Position numbers and translations under genes: made by a program. Shown one piece after another: positions 22,876 to 36,489 of a DNA stretch of 50,170 nucleotides (position 1 is the stretch's first letter; each line of letters opens with the position of its first letter). Location of the stretch: assembly GCF_001194135.2 (NCBI RefSeq), contig NC_069003.1, forward strand, positions 29,576,334 through 29,626,503. The letters are read 5' to 3'. The DNA is from Octopus bimaculoides. Taxonomy: Eukaryota. Below the pieces are notes generated by a model that saw only the letters and a program-made list of their open reading frames with translations, searched no databases and was not told where the DNA came from.

Positions 22876-23902
22876 CAATATTCATAGGTTAATAATTTGG
22901 TGAATAACGCTCATAATAACGTACGAAAGAAAGAACCTCGGAAATGAACTGAATTAAAATGAATTTAAATGAGAATATAAACAGCGTAGAGAACATGAAC
23001 TAGATCGCTGAAATACGCTGATACTAAGGAGTGTGTGTGTTATTAGGCCCCTTTAAGAAAGTATCATTTTTGCTAACACTTGAAATACTCAAAGAACAAA
23101 CACATGCGCGTGTGCGTGTGTGTGTGTGTTTATGTGCATGTATTTATATACATATATATGTGTGTGTGTGTGTGTTTGGATATATATATATATATATATA
23201 ATTATGTGTATTTCTTCTATCTTAATGAATAAAAATTCTTCTGATAGAATAAATGGGTTAATAGAAACCAATGTAGCAAAGAACACAAAATAATCGGTCA
23301 TAATGTCTTACGTTTAAGATGATTCCCATGCTTTACCTGATGAGAAGGTTACAATTTTAATATCAAAGATCCCTATGGATCACACAGGTTGTAATCCTTT
23401 GAAACATATGTAGGAATAAAGTATGCAATTATAACATGCGTTTTCTCCATTCCTTAAATTCTTANNNNNNNNNNNNNNNNNNNNNNNNNNNNNNNNNNNN
23501 NNNNNNNNNNNNNNNNNNNNNNNNNNNNNNNNNNNNNNNNNNNNNNNNNNNNNNNNNNNNNNNNNNNNNNNNNNNNNNNNNNNNNNNNNNNNNNNNNNNN
23601 NNNNNNNNNNNNNNNNNNNNNNNNNNNNNNNNNNNNNNNNNNNNNNNNNNNNNNNNNNNNNNNNNNNNNNNNNNNNNNNNNNNNNNNNNNNNNNNNNNNN
23701 NNNNNNNNNNNNNNNNNNNNNNNNNNNNNNNNNNNNNNNNNNNNNNNNNNNNNNNNNNNNNNNNNNNNNNNNNNNNNNNNNNNNNNNNNNNNNNTATAAA
23801 AGATACTATTATGCTAGAGATAGTCGTCAAAATTTGACTCTAAAACAACATCAAATATTCATATGTTATCTTTTAGATACCCTTAATTATAATTTTTATA
23901 TA

Positions 23903-23945
<43 letters not shown>

Positions 23946-23959
23946 TCTTTCATTTATTA

Positions 23960-24160
23960 TTTGTTTCATTCATTAGGCTGCGGCCATATTAGGGCATCGC
24001 CTATAAGACATTTTAGTCGATTGCATCGACCCCAGTACTTTCTTTGAAGCCTGATATTCTATCGATCACTTTTGCCGAACCGCTAATTTTCGGAGATATA
24101 AGCACACCAACACCGGTGTAGGAAAACATAAACAGACACACAGACACACCATCACACACA
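23960..24160 (-). mobile_element. SINE family A tail
   Basis: GGCTGCGGCCAT...ATCGACCCCAGTACTT...TTTGCCGAACCGCTAA. Confidence 0.8.
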
Positions 24161-24281
24161 AATACACACACACACGTACACATATATGTGTGTATATACA
24201 CGTACATATATTCATATATATATATAGAGAGAGACATATACACATTTATATACATATATATATATATCATATACTAAAATT

Positions 24282-24366
<85 letters not shown>

Positions 24367-27119
24367 CACGGTTGTTTAAAATGCAGAGTGTCACGAGTTG
24401 AGCTGTAGGGCCGGTGTAATCAACTATGCTCCTCCCCAAAAATTCTGGTGATGTGCCTGTAGAAAGAATAATGTCTATTATATCAGTTTCTTGTAAAAGC
24501 AAATCCTTAATTATAATGACAGATTTCAGTTAGAGGAAATGCAAAATGTTTACTATTTCATGTATGGCATTTCATTTGGAATCAAAAGTTCGATTGCCTG
24601 CAACGCTCCAAATGTGTCTTCAAAAATCATACTTTTTATCTTAATTAAAACTAGATCGAAATTCTGTGATTATTATGAAATATTCAACATCATTGAAATT
24701 ATTACGACAGTCATGTTGATAATTTTCATTCCTTTCAGAAATTTTTATCACGAAACTTTTAATAAATCACTCCACGTATCAGTAATTTTAATTTTAGATT
24801 TTAGATTCTCTCAACTGATACATTTTAAATCATCCTTTTGGGATTAAGCCTATAATTTCTCAAAGGTTGTTGACATATGTAGAAACAATGAAAATTCTCA
24901 CACAAAACAAATAAGATAGGCTTGTTTCGGAACAAATAATATTATTAACCACCTAAGAATTAACTAATTTTTCTATTTCTCTGTTTGTTCTCTGCTATAA
25001 TTAATGATATTTCCCACATCAAATACACGTGTATCTGTTACCCTATTGAGTTTTCATTCTAGTGGAAGCTAGATATGATGAGTAGAACTGAGATTTCAAA
25101 GCAGAAATCTTTATTAGAAATCAATGAGTTAAATGGATCTATTTATAACATGCATCCTCTCAGTAGAACAGTTTGAGTTTCAATTCCTATATGGCAGGGG
25201 TAATAATGATGTGTCTTCTACAAGACTACACCCTTTAAGGGAGGCAGACGTTCAACCCAGGCGGAAATTTCAACATATAGGTGGTTCTTCCCAACCGTGT
25301 TTCTTCACTTGATTTCTATTCTCTTCTTACAGTGTCGCCAATCTCAGTAACATTTGTGGTGAACGTGTTTGGTATTTAATAAGTGAATAAGATTTGAAGT
25401 GTATCCATGAATATGTGGGTTTGAATGTGTGTATGTATATATGTGTGTGAATAATTATATTATATATTTTATACATATATATATGTATATATATATATAT
25501 NNNNNNNNNNNNNNNNNNNNNNNNNNNNNNNNNNNNNNNNNNNNNNNNNNNNNNNNNNNNNNNNNNNNNNNNNNNNNNNNNNNNNNNNNNNNNNNNNNNN
25601 NNNNNNNNNNNNNNNNNNNNNNNNNNNNNNNNNNNNNNNNNNNNNNNNNNNNNNNNNNNNNNNNNNNNNNNNNNNNNNNNNNNNNNNNNNNNNNNNNNNN
25701 NNNNNNNNNNNNNNNNNNNNNNNNNNNNNNNNNNNNNNNNNNNNNNNNNNNNNNNNNNNNNNNNNNNNNNNNNNNNNNNNNNNNNNNNNNNNNNNNNNNN
25801 NNNNNNNNNNNNNNNNNNNNNNNNNNNNNNNNNNNNNNNNNNNNNNNNNNNNNNNNNNNNNNNNNNNNNNNNNNNNNNNNNNNNNNNNNNNNNNNNNNNN
25901 NNNNNNNNNNNNNNNNNNNNNNNNNNNNNNNNNNNNNNNNNNNNNNNNNNNNNNNNNNNNNNNNNNNNNNNNNNNNNNNNNNNNNNNNNNNNNNNNNNNN
26001 NNNNNNNNNNNNNNNNNNNNNNNNNNNNNNNNNNNNNNNNNNNNNNNNNNNNNNNNNNNNNNNNNNNNNNNNNNNNNNNNNNNNNNNNNNNNNNNNNNNN
26101 NNNNNNNNNNNNNNNNNNNNNNNNNNNNNNNNNNNNNNNNNNNNNNNNNNNNNNNNNNNNNNNNNNNNNNNNNNNNNNNNNNNNNNNNNNNNNNNNNNNN
26201 NNNNNNNNNNNNNNTATATATATATATATATATATATTCTTCCCCCCTCCCCCGCCACTCTCTACCTCTTTACCTCTTACAACTGCAAATGGTTGCCAAT
26301 GTCTTTCAATGCAAATATTGCTATGCATTCCCGTCTGATGAGAAGAAAACAAAATAAATATAACTCTGCAATAAATATGCACCGTTACGTCCATCTACTT
26401 CTTCTCTCTCTCTCTCTCACTCACTCACTGTATTTCTCTCTCTTTCTCCGTCTCCCATATTTTATACGCTAGCAATGGCAATAGCTCTGTGAGCGAGAAA
26501 TAACAGATAACGGAGTGTCAAAAGCAGAACGTATATGAAAGGTTTTCGCAATCATCACTGAACTAAGAGTTTAAAACAAAGTACTTAAGTAAAACCTAAG
26601 CTGTGTAATCACACGACTAAAAAAAGAAAAGAAAAAGAAAAAGAAAAAAGGAAAAAAAAGAAAAAAAAAGGAACGAGAAAAACTACAAACAAGTAATCAA
26701 TCATTTAAAATGTGTATTTCAAATATTTCCAATAAATGCCATTTCAAAAAAAATCGATGAAGACGAACTAGTGTTGGACACGTATGATATTCGTTTTAAG
26801 AGAATCCATGCGATTTCTGAAGCAGTATTAAAAGTCTGTTGGTTTTTCTGAAGAATTAGCCCTATTTATCTAGCTTTCAGTGGGTATATTTTCGAGACTG
26901 AGAAATCAAAGAATTCTAATTCGAGTATCATTATAATTCCAATACTTCGTATCAAAAGGAGCGATGTATTTTTATAGTTTTAGATGCTTGATTTCTCTCT
27001 GATGACAAAATTTTCAATACAATGAACGGAGACTAATTTCAACGCTTGGAGTGTTTCAAGCTTTAACTCTAAAGAGCACTCCATCGGAAAATGGAAACGA
27101 AGTGGAAGCGTTTTATGAC

Positions 27120-27300
27120 CGCTAATCATAATGTGCTGCCAGTTCTTTTTTCCATTTTGACCTAAATAGTTTAACTAAATCGTTTTCCCGTCGTCTTGGT
27201 GGCCTACCACGGGGCCTTTTACGTTCTCATAGATAACATTCGGCAACTACATGGGTCTATGTGCTGTCTGTCAACATTACGGCATGCCCAGCTCAGCAGA
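27120..27300 (-). mobile_element. RTE-clade LINE C-terminal remnant
   Basis: Minus frame *AGHAVMLTDST*THVVAECYL*ERKRPRGRPPRRRENDL matches WAGHV.R..D.RW...V.EW.P...KRPRGRPP.RW.DD. Confidence 0.75.
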
Positions 27301-28449
27301 ACTTGTGCTTTCGGGTATTCTGCGATCACGTCATTCTTGAATCCCATCTCGTGCGATATACTCGGTCTTTTCTATATATAGCATAACTAATAATACGGCT
27401 GAATATCGTGGTCGTATAACCACTATACTAGAGGTCAAATGGATAGTCGTACATCAAAGGGTCAGGCGTAGTGGAGCGGGTTAATGGTATGGTCTATTAA
27501 CCCCACTCTACTACGTCTTACACTTGCTATATCCCCCAGTAAATTGAAATATGATGTAATTCTCATAACCTACGGAGATTATTTCTGGAAGTGACATTTT
27601 TACCATAAGATGTAATCTCATAATCTATGGATATTTTGTACTATTCCCTTTCTATTTTTTATTATTTTATATTTTATTTTATTTCTTCATATGTTTGATT
27701 CTTACCATTATAGACACTTTGAAGAAGCTTCGGGGCTCAATTATTTTCCAACCCCTGTCCAATTTTTGTTCTACCTCTGTACAATCTCTGTATAATATTA
27801 GTATGATGTCTAAATCTTAGCAAGTTGGATCCCCCAAAATAGAAACAGCTGTAAGAGTATAGTATTATACCCTCATTTATTCTTATTCATTTATGTATTT
27901 TTATTTACTTGTTTATTTACTTATACATATGGTTGTAATTAATTAATAAATACATCCAAATGAATGTGTGCAGGCTGATGTTTACTGATTGATTATCTTC
28001 TCCATTTTCTCCTTCGCCTTATAAATTCTGGGTAAATTTCTGCTTTATCCCCGCTCATACCCGTTGTTCAATTGCGCTACTGCCCTACAACAGTAAGCGG
28101 TTGGATATAAATACATAGGTATACATCCAGTATTATATTGGTTATTTCTTATCCCTTAGACAGTTGTTTAATTTCTAACTCATATAAGGTCTTTAATATA
28201 TCACAAGNNNNNNNNNNNNNNNNNNNNNNNNNNNNNNNNNNNNNNNNNNNNNNNNNNNNNNNNNNNNNNNNNNNNNNNNNNNNNNNNNNNNNNNNNNNNN
28301 NNNNNNTAACTGTACACGCAAGATACATTTATGTATGATGTATATATATACATGTGTATGCTATATACATATGCATGCTTTTACGTTACCTATATATGTT
28401 TGTAGAAATTTATCATGTATATACACATATATATGCGTGTGCGTGTGAA

Positions 28450-28484
<35 letters not shown>

Positions 28485-29110
28485 GAGAGGATTCCATTTG
28501 ATTTCTATTGACCAAAATATCCTTTCGCAACATATTTCGGTAGAGAGAAGCATTTCGTGTACGACATAACCCGCAATTCAATGGAAATTCGATCTAAACA
28601 GTAGCCAACACGAAATCACATCGTGGTGAAGGGTGGGTGCTGCATCTTAACAACTACTCACCTATACATATTCTCATATATTTCTGCAACTTTCCGTCAG
28701 ACGCTTAATTGAAACGTCCCTCAATAAAGCAGTAAATAAAAGGCTTTCATCTGTGAAATATCTTCCATGTCATACTTGAGACGTTTGTCTCCTCATCTCT
28801 ATGTTTCACTCCCTAACTCATTCACTAACTCAGTCATTCACTCAATCGCTTTCTCAGTCACGCTCACATTTGCTCTCTGCTTTAGGATTCTGCTTTTGTC
28901 TCGAAGATATATGGTGGAATTGGAATATATGTTACTTGTAAGGATGAGTACGCAATCATATTGATTTCTCGTTCAATTCCATAGCTTCCAATTTCGGTTT
29001 TGACATTCGTTCCCCTGCACCTGCCAATGACATCTACAAATAATGATAATTTCTTCAACAACGAAGATGCCAGTATAATTAGCTACTATTCAGAATACAC
29101 ACACACGCAC

Positions 29111-29153
<43 letters not shown>

Positions 29154-30076
29154 TATGCATGTATGGTTATGTTTCATATCATATATGTATATACATATAT
29201 ATTTATATATGAATATACATACGTATATATATANNNNNNNNNNNNNNNNNNNNNNNNNNNNNNNNNNNNNNNNNNNNNNNNNNNNNNNNNNNNNNNNNNN
29301 NNNNNNNNNNNNNNNNNNNNNNNNNNNNNNNNNNNNNNNNNNNNNNNNNNNNNNNNNNNNNNNNNNNNNNNNNNNNNNNNNNNNNNNNNNNNNNNNNNNN
29401 NNNNNNNNNNNNNNNNNNNNNNNNNNNNNNNNNNNNNNNNNNNNNNNNNNNNNNNNNNNNNNNNNNNNNNNNNNNNNNNNNNNNNNNNNNNNNNNNNNNN
29501 NNNNNNNNNNNNNNNNNNNNNNNNNNNNNNNNNNNNNNNNNNNNNNNNNNNNNNNNNNNNNNNNNNNNNNNNNNNNNNNNNNNNNNNNNNNNNNNNNNNN
29601 NNNNNNNNNNNNNNNNNNNNNNNNNNNNNNNNNNNNNNNNNNNNNNNNNNNNNNNNNNNNNNNNNNNNNNNNNNNNNNNNNNNNNNNNNNNNNNNNNNNN
29701 NNNNNNNNNNNNNNNNNNNNNNNNNNNNNNNNNNNNNNNNNNNNNNNNNNNNNNNNNNNNNNNNNNNNNNNNNNNNNNNNNNNNNNNNNNNNNNNNNNNN
29801 NNNNNNNNNNNNNNNNNNNNNNNNNNNNNNNNNNNNNNNNNNNNNNNNNNNNNNNNNNNNNNNNNNNNNNNNNNNNNNNNNNNNNNNNNNNNNNNNNNNN
29901 NNNNNNNNNNNNNNNNNNNNNNNNNNNNNNNNNNNNNNNNNNNNNNNNNNNNNNNNNNNNNNNNNNNNNNNNNNNNNNNNNNNNNNNNNNNNNNNNNNNN
30001 NNNNNNNNNNNNNNNNNNNNNNNNNNNNNNNNNNNNNNNNNNNNNNNNNNNNNNNNNNNNNNNNNNNNNNNNNNNA

Positions 30077-30146
<70 letters not shown>

Positions 30147-30586
30147 TATATATATATTGCTTTGGACTTGGATAGGATGGGTGGCATTAGCAACATTAGC
30201 ATAGTTGATCATGCAATGCAGAAACGCAGAAAGTTTGCGTAAAATTTCTTGCAGCATGTTTGAAAAGCTCACAGCTGTAATTAGGGCTTTAAACCTTTCA
30301 TCTCTTGGAAATGATCGATAAAATAACTACCACCATAACTCCCAAAGCAGATGAGTCACGAGTGTATGTGTATGCATGTGTGTCGACGTGTGTATGCGTG
30401 AGAGAGTGCTTTAAAGTAATAATTTATATATTTCAGTTTTATAGCTGAACACCATGCGTTCAACTTTGTGATAGTTTTGTCTATGATATCGTATACACAT
30501 TCCACTGTACTCTTCTGTAATTTTCATTCACGGAAAATATATATATAATATATACATATATACATATCTAAAGATTTGCAGCGATG

Positions 30587-30638
<52 letters not shown>

Positions 30639-31657
30639 TGTATTTAACATATATATTATATATATNNNNNNNNNNNNNNNNNNNNNNNNNNNNNNNNNNN
30701 NNNNNNNNNNNNNNNNNNNNNNNNNNNNNNNNNNNNNNNNNNNNNNNNNNNNNNNNNNNNNNNNNNNNNNNNNNNNNNNNNNNNNNNNNNNNNNNNNNNN
30801 NNNNNNNNNNNNNNNNNNNNNNNNNNNNNNNNNNNNNNNNNNNNNNNNNNNNNNNNNNNNNNNNNNNNNNNNNNNNNNNNNNNNNNNNNNNNNNNNNNNN
30901 NNNNNNNNNNNNNNNNNNNNNNNNNNNNNNNNNNNNNNNNNNNNNNNNNNNNNNNTATATATATATATATATATATATATGTATACATATTCTATATACA
31001 TATATTATATATATGTGTATATGTGTGCGTGTGTGTGTGTGTTTGTGAGTGTGTTCACACTCTCCATTTTCTTTATGTGATATACATAAAATGTATTTAT
31101 GCAGGTATGTATGTATACTTAGGTTTATGTTTGTGCGTTTGTTACACAACTGACGCTGTTCAACTGGTGCAATAACTGTCAAACATCTGAGCCAAAACAT
31201 TGTAATAAAATAAGCGGGTGGAGAAAGAGCCCGATCGCTAATGTGATCAGAATCTACAACATGACACATAAACTCTGAAGAATCAACATTACAGAGCATG
31301 GAGCGGACAACTGTTACTCGACAACGCAACAGTACTTTAGCTCGCCTGTGCTTGTTGTGTGTGTTTGTGTGTGAAGGGGTGCGTGTATGCTTGTGTGTGT
31401 GTATGCACGCATGTATGTACGTATATATATATATATATATATAATTTAGATTCAAGGTGAATATGGTACTTAAGTTTAGGCACCAGAATTAAGTATGGTA
31501 TTGTCCATACAATTCCAAAATAAGGTGATTTTCTTTTCTATTTTTTTTTTTTTTGTATTCTTCCCTTCCTTTCTACTTGGAGAGTTTAAATGTAGTTACA
31601 ACAATATGTCCTTCTGTTGAAATTTGAAATGAAATTTCAGTAAATTTCTATATCTAC

Positions 31658-31759
31658 CTTCAGATACAGTATATAAGCGTCGAACATCCACACTGTCTCA
31701 GTTGTACTGCAGGTTGTGGTAGCAAACACTGGGCCAATATGTCTCACGCTAATATCAAA
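31658..31759 (-). CDS. candidate exon, 102 nt, phase 0/0 (FDISVRHIGPVFATTTCSTTETVWMFDAYILYLK)
   Basis: ctcgtatctctgtcgttccccag| acceptor and AAG|gtagat donor; only one frame is open. No homology recognised. Confidence 0.35.
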
Positions 31760-31849
31760 CTGGGGAACGACAGAGATACGAGGCTTACCTTTTTGTCACA
31801 CAGCCATGGCGGATTACGTGTATTTTTACACTACTGTATTAGTTTGTAG

Positions 31850-32020
31850 TAGCAAGGCGGAAAGTTGGAAGAATTGTTAGCACGCCGGACAAAATGCCGC
31901 TGGGGTCGACTTTGCCTTTCATTTTTTTGGGGTCAATAAAATAAATACTAACCGAAATCTGGGGCCGGTGTAATCGACTATCCCCCTCTCCTAAATTGCT
32001 GGCCTTGTGCCAAAATTCGA
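31850..32020 (+). mobile_element. SINE family B followed by (CAG)n(TAG)n at 32030-32128
   Basis: GTTAGCACGCCGGACAAAATGCC...GGGGTCGACTTTGCCTTTCAT...CTGGCCTTGTGCCAAAATT. Confidence 0.85.
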
Positions 32021-32066
32021 AGCCAGTTGCAGCAGCAGCTGTAGCAGCAGCTGCAGCAGCAACAGC

Positions 32067-32130
<64 letters not shown>

Positions 32131-32266
32131 TGGTGACATGCGCTATAAAAGCGCATCACTGCGTCCACCATTTGTTGGTGATTGATTTTCTACTACTCCC
32201 AGCTCGCGGATGACACCTTTCCAACACTCAGGCGACAACCATTCAAACCCATGGGTCTGTTTTGGG

Positions 32267-32497
32267 GGTACTAGGACAAAATCTCATCGCGAACAAAATT
32301 CCTCCGAGGACAAAAACCTCGCCTGGACAAGATCCCCCGGTAGTCAATATCCCCTGGGATAATGTCCTTTCTTTACAATAAAAATATTTTAGGAAAGTGA
32401 AATTGTATAAAAAAAATTTTAATATTTATTAGTTGATATTTTTGTTTAAAATTTGTCCGGGCGGATTTTGTCCTTAGAGGGATTTTGTCCTGATGCC
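32267..32497. mobile_element. MULE/foldback-type MITE, 231 bp, perfect 9-bp TSD
   Basis: TIRs GGTACTAGGACAAAATCTC and GGCATCAGGACAAAATCCC (reverse complement); repeated GGACAA motifs; TGTTTTGGG at 32258-32266 and 32498-32506. Confidence 0.85.
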
Positions 32498-33303
32498 TGT
32501 TTTGGGTAGTCGTTATTTGTGAGAGTTTTACGAGGTCGGGGTACAAATCCTGCCTCAACCACGTTTAGTTGCCTTTTACAAAATGCAGAATGAAACGTTG
32601 GGTCTATTCTTCGACATGCAGGTCCCCACACAACAGCATACTGCCGTATTGAAAAACTCATTATATTTTTTACAAAAACATGTAGGTTGTAGGTCATCTA
32701 AAAACAGATGTTTTTTTTCAGAAATATTATAAATATCCAGCTATTTTAATCAATACTAAATTGAAGAAGGAGTATTGAGAGAAAACAAAATATCTATTTC
32801 ATTTTGGGGGGGGAGGGGATGGAGGTGAAAAATTACATTTATTTTAGCGGGGGTGCTTCTTATTGCTATTTATTTATTTATTCATTTATTTTTATTTTAT
32901 TTTATTTATCTTATTCTTGCGTTGGGCTTTTTTTTTTTTTCGCTTCTAATATTTTTTTCCTTCTAATTTTACAAATTACTTACTTAGCGGCTTTCAGATT
33001 TTTTTTTATTGCCATCATAAAATAATTGCTTTTCCGGGAAGAAATTAAAAAAAAAAAAAAATTTTTTTCCAATTTTCTTGTTCGTTCCCTTAAAGTGACA
33101 CTTCCACATTTATATAATCCGTTAAAGCTGATGCATTTTCGCCTTGTCTCAGTTGTAGTGTTTTGTTGTTGTTATTGTTGTCGTTGTTCTTGTTGTTTTT
33201 ATTTAGATCTACATCAGCTCTAATTTAGCATCAAAACTATCTGAGATGTTGTAGCCATGACCATCACGTCTTTATTTAAGTACTAAATACTAGTACTAAA
33301 GTA

Positions 33304-33615
33304 AGTGAAGGCGCGTGGCCTACTGGTTAGGGTAATCAGCTCACGTTCGGAAGGAGGTGAGTTCGATTTCCGGCGATGCGTTGTGGCTTTGAGCAAAACC
33401 CTGTATTTCCCGTTACTCCAGTCCACTCAGCTGGCGAAAATGAGTAGTACCTGTATTTCAAAGGGCCAGCCTTGTCACTCTGTGTCACCCTTAATCGCCG
33501 TGAGACCTACGTGTCTGTAGAGTACTCAACCACTTGCACGTTAAATTCAGGTACAGGTTGTTCCGTTAATCGGATCAACAGGAACTCTCGTCGTCGTAAC
33601 TGGCGCAGTGCCAGA
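33304..33615 (+). mobile_element. full-length SINE family C variant, 9-bp TSD
   Basis: tRNA head AGGCGCGTGGCC...GAGTTCGATTTCC; ACTAAAGTA at 33295-33303 and 33616-33624. Confidence 0.85.
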
Positions 33616-34789
33616 ACTAAAGTATTCAATAAAGCCTTCCTGTTTGTTTCTAGCTACTATTTCTAGCAAATCTAGTAAGCTACGTAGAGTCAGCAAGGTT
33701 ACAGCGAGATGACAGTAGAGCCTAACTTATTTCACACGATTTGCGTGAAATAGCGGCCATTTCTCCCTCAATTTACAACCTGTTTCGAATGCCATTTGTT
33801 TACTATTTTAAAAATAATAATTAAACGTCTCATAACATATCTGAAATTACATAGAGTGCTCTTAGGTTTCTTATACATAGGAAACAGTCGGAATGGTCAC
33901 GACTGGAATACTTTTGATCATAGGTCTACCTAATCAGTTTAAACCGGTTAATCAGCAACGAGAAAGCTGTGACACAGTTCCTAGACACTCAAGAAGTAGC
34001 AGCTAAATCTAGATTAACTGACACTCCTACTGTATAAGAAAAAGGAAGACACATCTTATAATGTTGTCTCCAGGTTCAAACTACTTCAAAAGATTCGAGG
34101 AAAAGGTCATGGCGAAAAAGCTTTTGATCCTATATCTACTCAATCATATCTAACGTGAAGTTAAATAACAACATCATCATCATCATGATTAACAACAGCA
34201 AGGGGTGCTCAATAACAATAATAACAACAACAACGGCCTTGGTTCATTATTTACGATTTGAGAGATCGATATTATTGATCTGATCTATTTCTCCCAAAGC
34301 AGAATCTTGATTTAATATTACATTAAAAAGAAATTATTCAACCATTTTTTTTTTTTTCATTTACTTCTATATCGGTTTCCAATATTTAAACGCGTAAATG
34401 GTGACGGATTGGCAATCTCGCCAAAATCGGCTGATAAGATCTCTTGAGAAGTTTAGTAACGTTTCTTAACGTACTTGGATAAAAAAAATCCATCGAGGGG
34501 TAACTCTGTGCCAATTCGTTTCGGGAGTAAAATCAAAACAACTCTTATAATACTGTGGTCAATTTACTCGAGTACACACTCCTACCACGAAAGGTGTGAA
34601 CTGCTTAAACTAAACAAAATACGTCGGGCGTTATTACCATACTGCTTAAAATCTCACTGACCACTGCATTCAAAATTTAATTATCTTTTATGAATTAAGG
34701 TTTCTAGGGCACCCTGATTACATTTCTTACAAAACTTAGTCACTTAAATAATGATTTGTTTTCATCACTAATTAATTAAAGGTTATGGC

Positions 34790-35560
34790 CGAATGGTTCA
34801 GAATCTCGCTTTGTAAGCATGTGATTTTGTGTTCAATCCCCTTGCTGTGCGGTATATTGGATATCTTCCATTAGAGCTCTTTACCGACCAGTGTAACTTC
34901 CACTAGAGCTTCTGTTCGACCAGTGTGACTTTGGTAGAGGGAGACTCTAAGGAAGCCCGTAGTAGATAGATAGATAGATAGATAGATATGTGTGTATAAT
35001 ATCATTGAGTTTATATTGTATTTGTCCTTCACCAGAGTTTGGCAACCAGTGGTGGCATGTTTACGACCAGGTAACTTAGCGATTTGACAAAATTTAATCG
35101 ATAGAATAAGTAACAGACTAAAAAATAAACGTAGATACAGGCGTTGAATTATTCGACTAAACGAGAGGTTCTCAACCAATTTTTTATCTCTGGACCCCTT
35201 TGATTACTATTTTATTCTGGTGGACCCCACCCCACCATAGTTATTCGCTGTTTAAATACTAGTTTTATATAAACGTCTTTCAAAATTCCTATTTTGTTTT
35301 TCACACATTCACTTAGGGTCGTTGAACTACATAAAACGTTCGTCAAAGAAACCTATACAACTACATGCATCTAAAGTGAAATTTTTTCAAGGGCTCCTTG
35401 AACTACTAATGTGGATTCCCAATTGACTGTTTTATTGCATGGACCCCTTAAATTCTTATATGGACCCTCAGGGGCAATAAGAACCCTGGTTTAAAATCAC
35501 TGGACTAAACCCTTCAAGATAGTGCCTCAACATAGCCGCAATCCAATGACCGAAGAAGCA
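34790..35560 (+). mobile_element. SINE family A (head, (GATA)n, tail) interrupted by a hAT MITE
   Basis: Head ends GGAAGCCCGT; the tail reads ...TTCGACTAAAC | CCTTCAAG...CATAGCCGCA continuously once 35163-35510 is removed. Confidence 0.7.
35163..35502. mobile_element. hAT-type MITE, 340 bp, perfect 8-bp TSD
   Basis: Left GAGAGGTTCTCAACC, right-end reverse complement CAGTGATTTTAAACC; internal TGGACCC repeats; GACTAAAC at 35155-35162 and 35503-35510. Confidence 0.85.
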
Positions 35561-35894
35561 AGCACATGATAAAATATGAAAGATTTTTAGCTTTGTGCAC
35601 AGCCATATTATTTCTAAGACATCGTTTGAGTGGAATCCAAATATGTGTCGTGTATATATTTTTATATTAGACAATCATGCTTATGAACAAACAGGGCTGA
35701 GAAATAGTTCTAGCATTAATGTTTGCCACTGTTTGATAACTATTCATTTGTATCATAAAATTAATGGAAGAAGCACTTGGAAAAATATTGGAGACATAAG
35801 CAATAAAAGTGATATGCTGAACAAATGAACATCAATGTACATAAAGCAACATTGAAAATATCAATTCATATGATATCTCTGGAAGAAAACCTCC

Positions 35895-35994
<100 letters not shown>

Positions 35995-35995
35995 G

Positions 35996-36354
35996 TTCAG
36001 TAGTTTTATTTTTATAACGTGCTTTCACTTCACTACCGAGCGCAGCTCTGTGTGCCTTCGGTATGTGCTATGGTTTGCTGTGATGCTCTTATGGTTACTG
36101 TATTGAAAGTGTTTTGCGTAGGATGTGTGCAGTGCCCAGTAGTGCAATTTTCTCTATGTTATATATATTTGTAAGTCCTGGTGTTTTTGTTATGCATTTG
36201 TCTGAATATTTTGTTTATTATACCCAAGGCACCTACTATGATAGGAATTGTTTCTGTTTTTAGACTCTACATTCGAGTTACCTCTATTTCCAGGTCTTTG
36301 TATTTTGAAAGTTTCTCCATTTCTTTTAGGGAAACGTTGTCATCTGCTGTCATC

Positions 36355-36355
<1 letters not shown>
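35996..36355 (-). mobile_element. 3' end of an RLE-type (R4/Dong-like) non-LTR retrotransposon within (TAA)n
   Basis: ADDNVSLKEMEKLSKYKDLEIEVTRM*SLKTETIPIIVGALGII...IEKIALLGTAHILRKTL; (TTA)n at 35898-35995 and 36358-36480. Confidence 0.85.
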
Positions 36356-36416
<61 letters not shown>

Positions 36417-36489
36417 GTTGTTGTTGTTGTTGCTGTTCTTATTGTTATTGTTATTATTATTGTCCTTATTATTATTATTATTTGTTAGG

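Noticed and set aside
25333-25370. Plus-strand exon after ttctattctcttcttacag
   Set aside because: Good acceptor but weak donors, very short and no homology; likely a pseudo-exon.
28672-28750. Minus-strand exon (tatttcacag...TAG|gtgagt)
   Set aside because: Stops in all three frames; at most non-coding, with no supporting evidence.
28886-28937. Plus-strand 52-nt exon with good splice sites
   Set aside because: All frames are open, so it is uninformative; such pseudo-exons are expected by chance in 50 kb.
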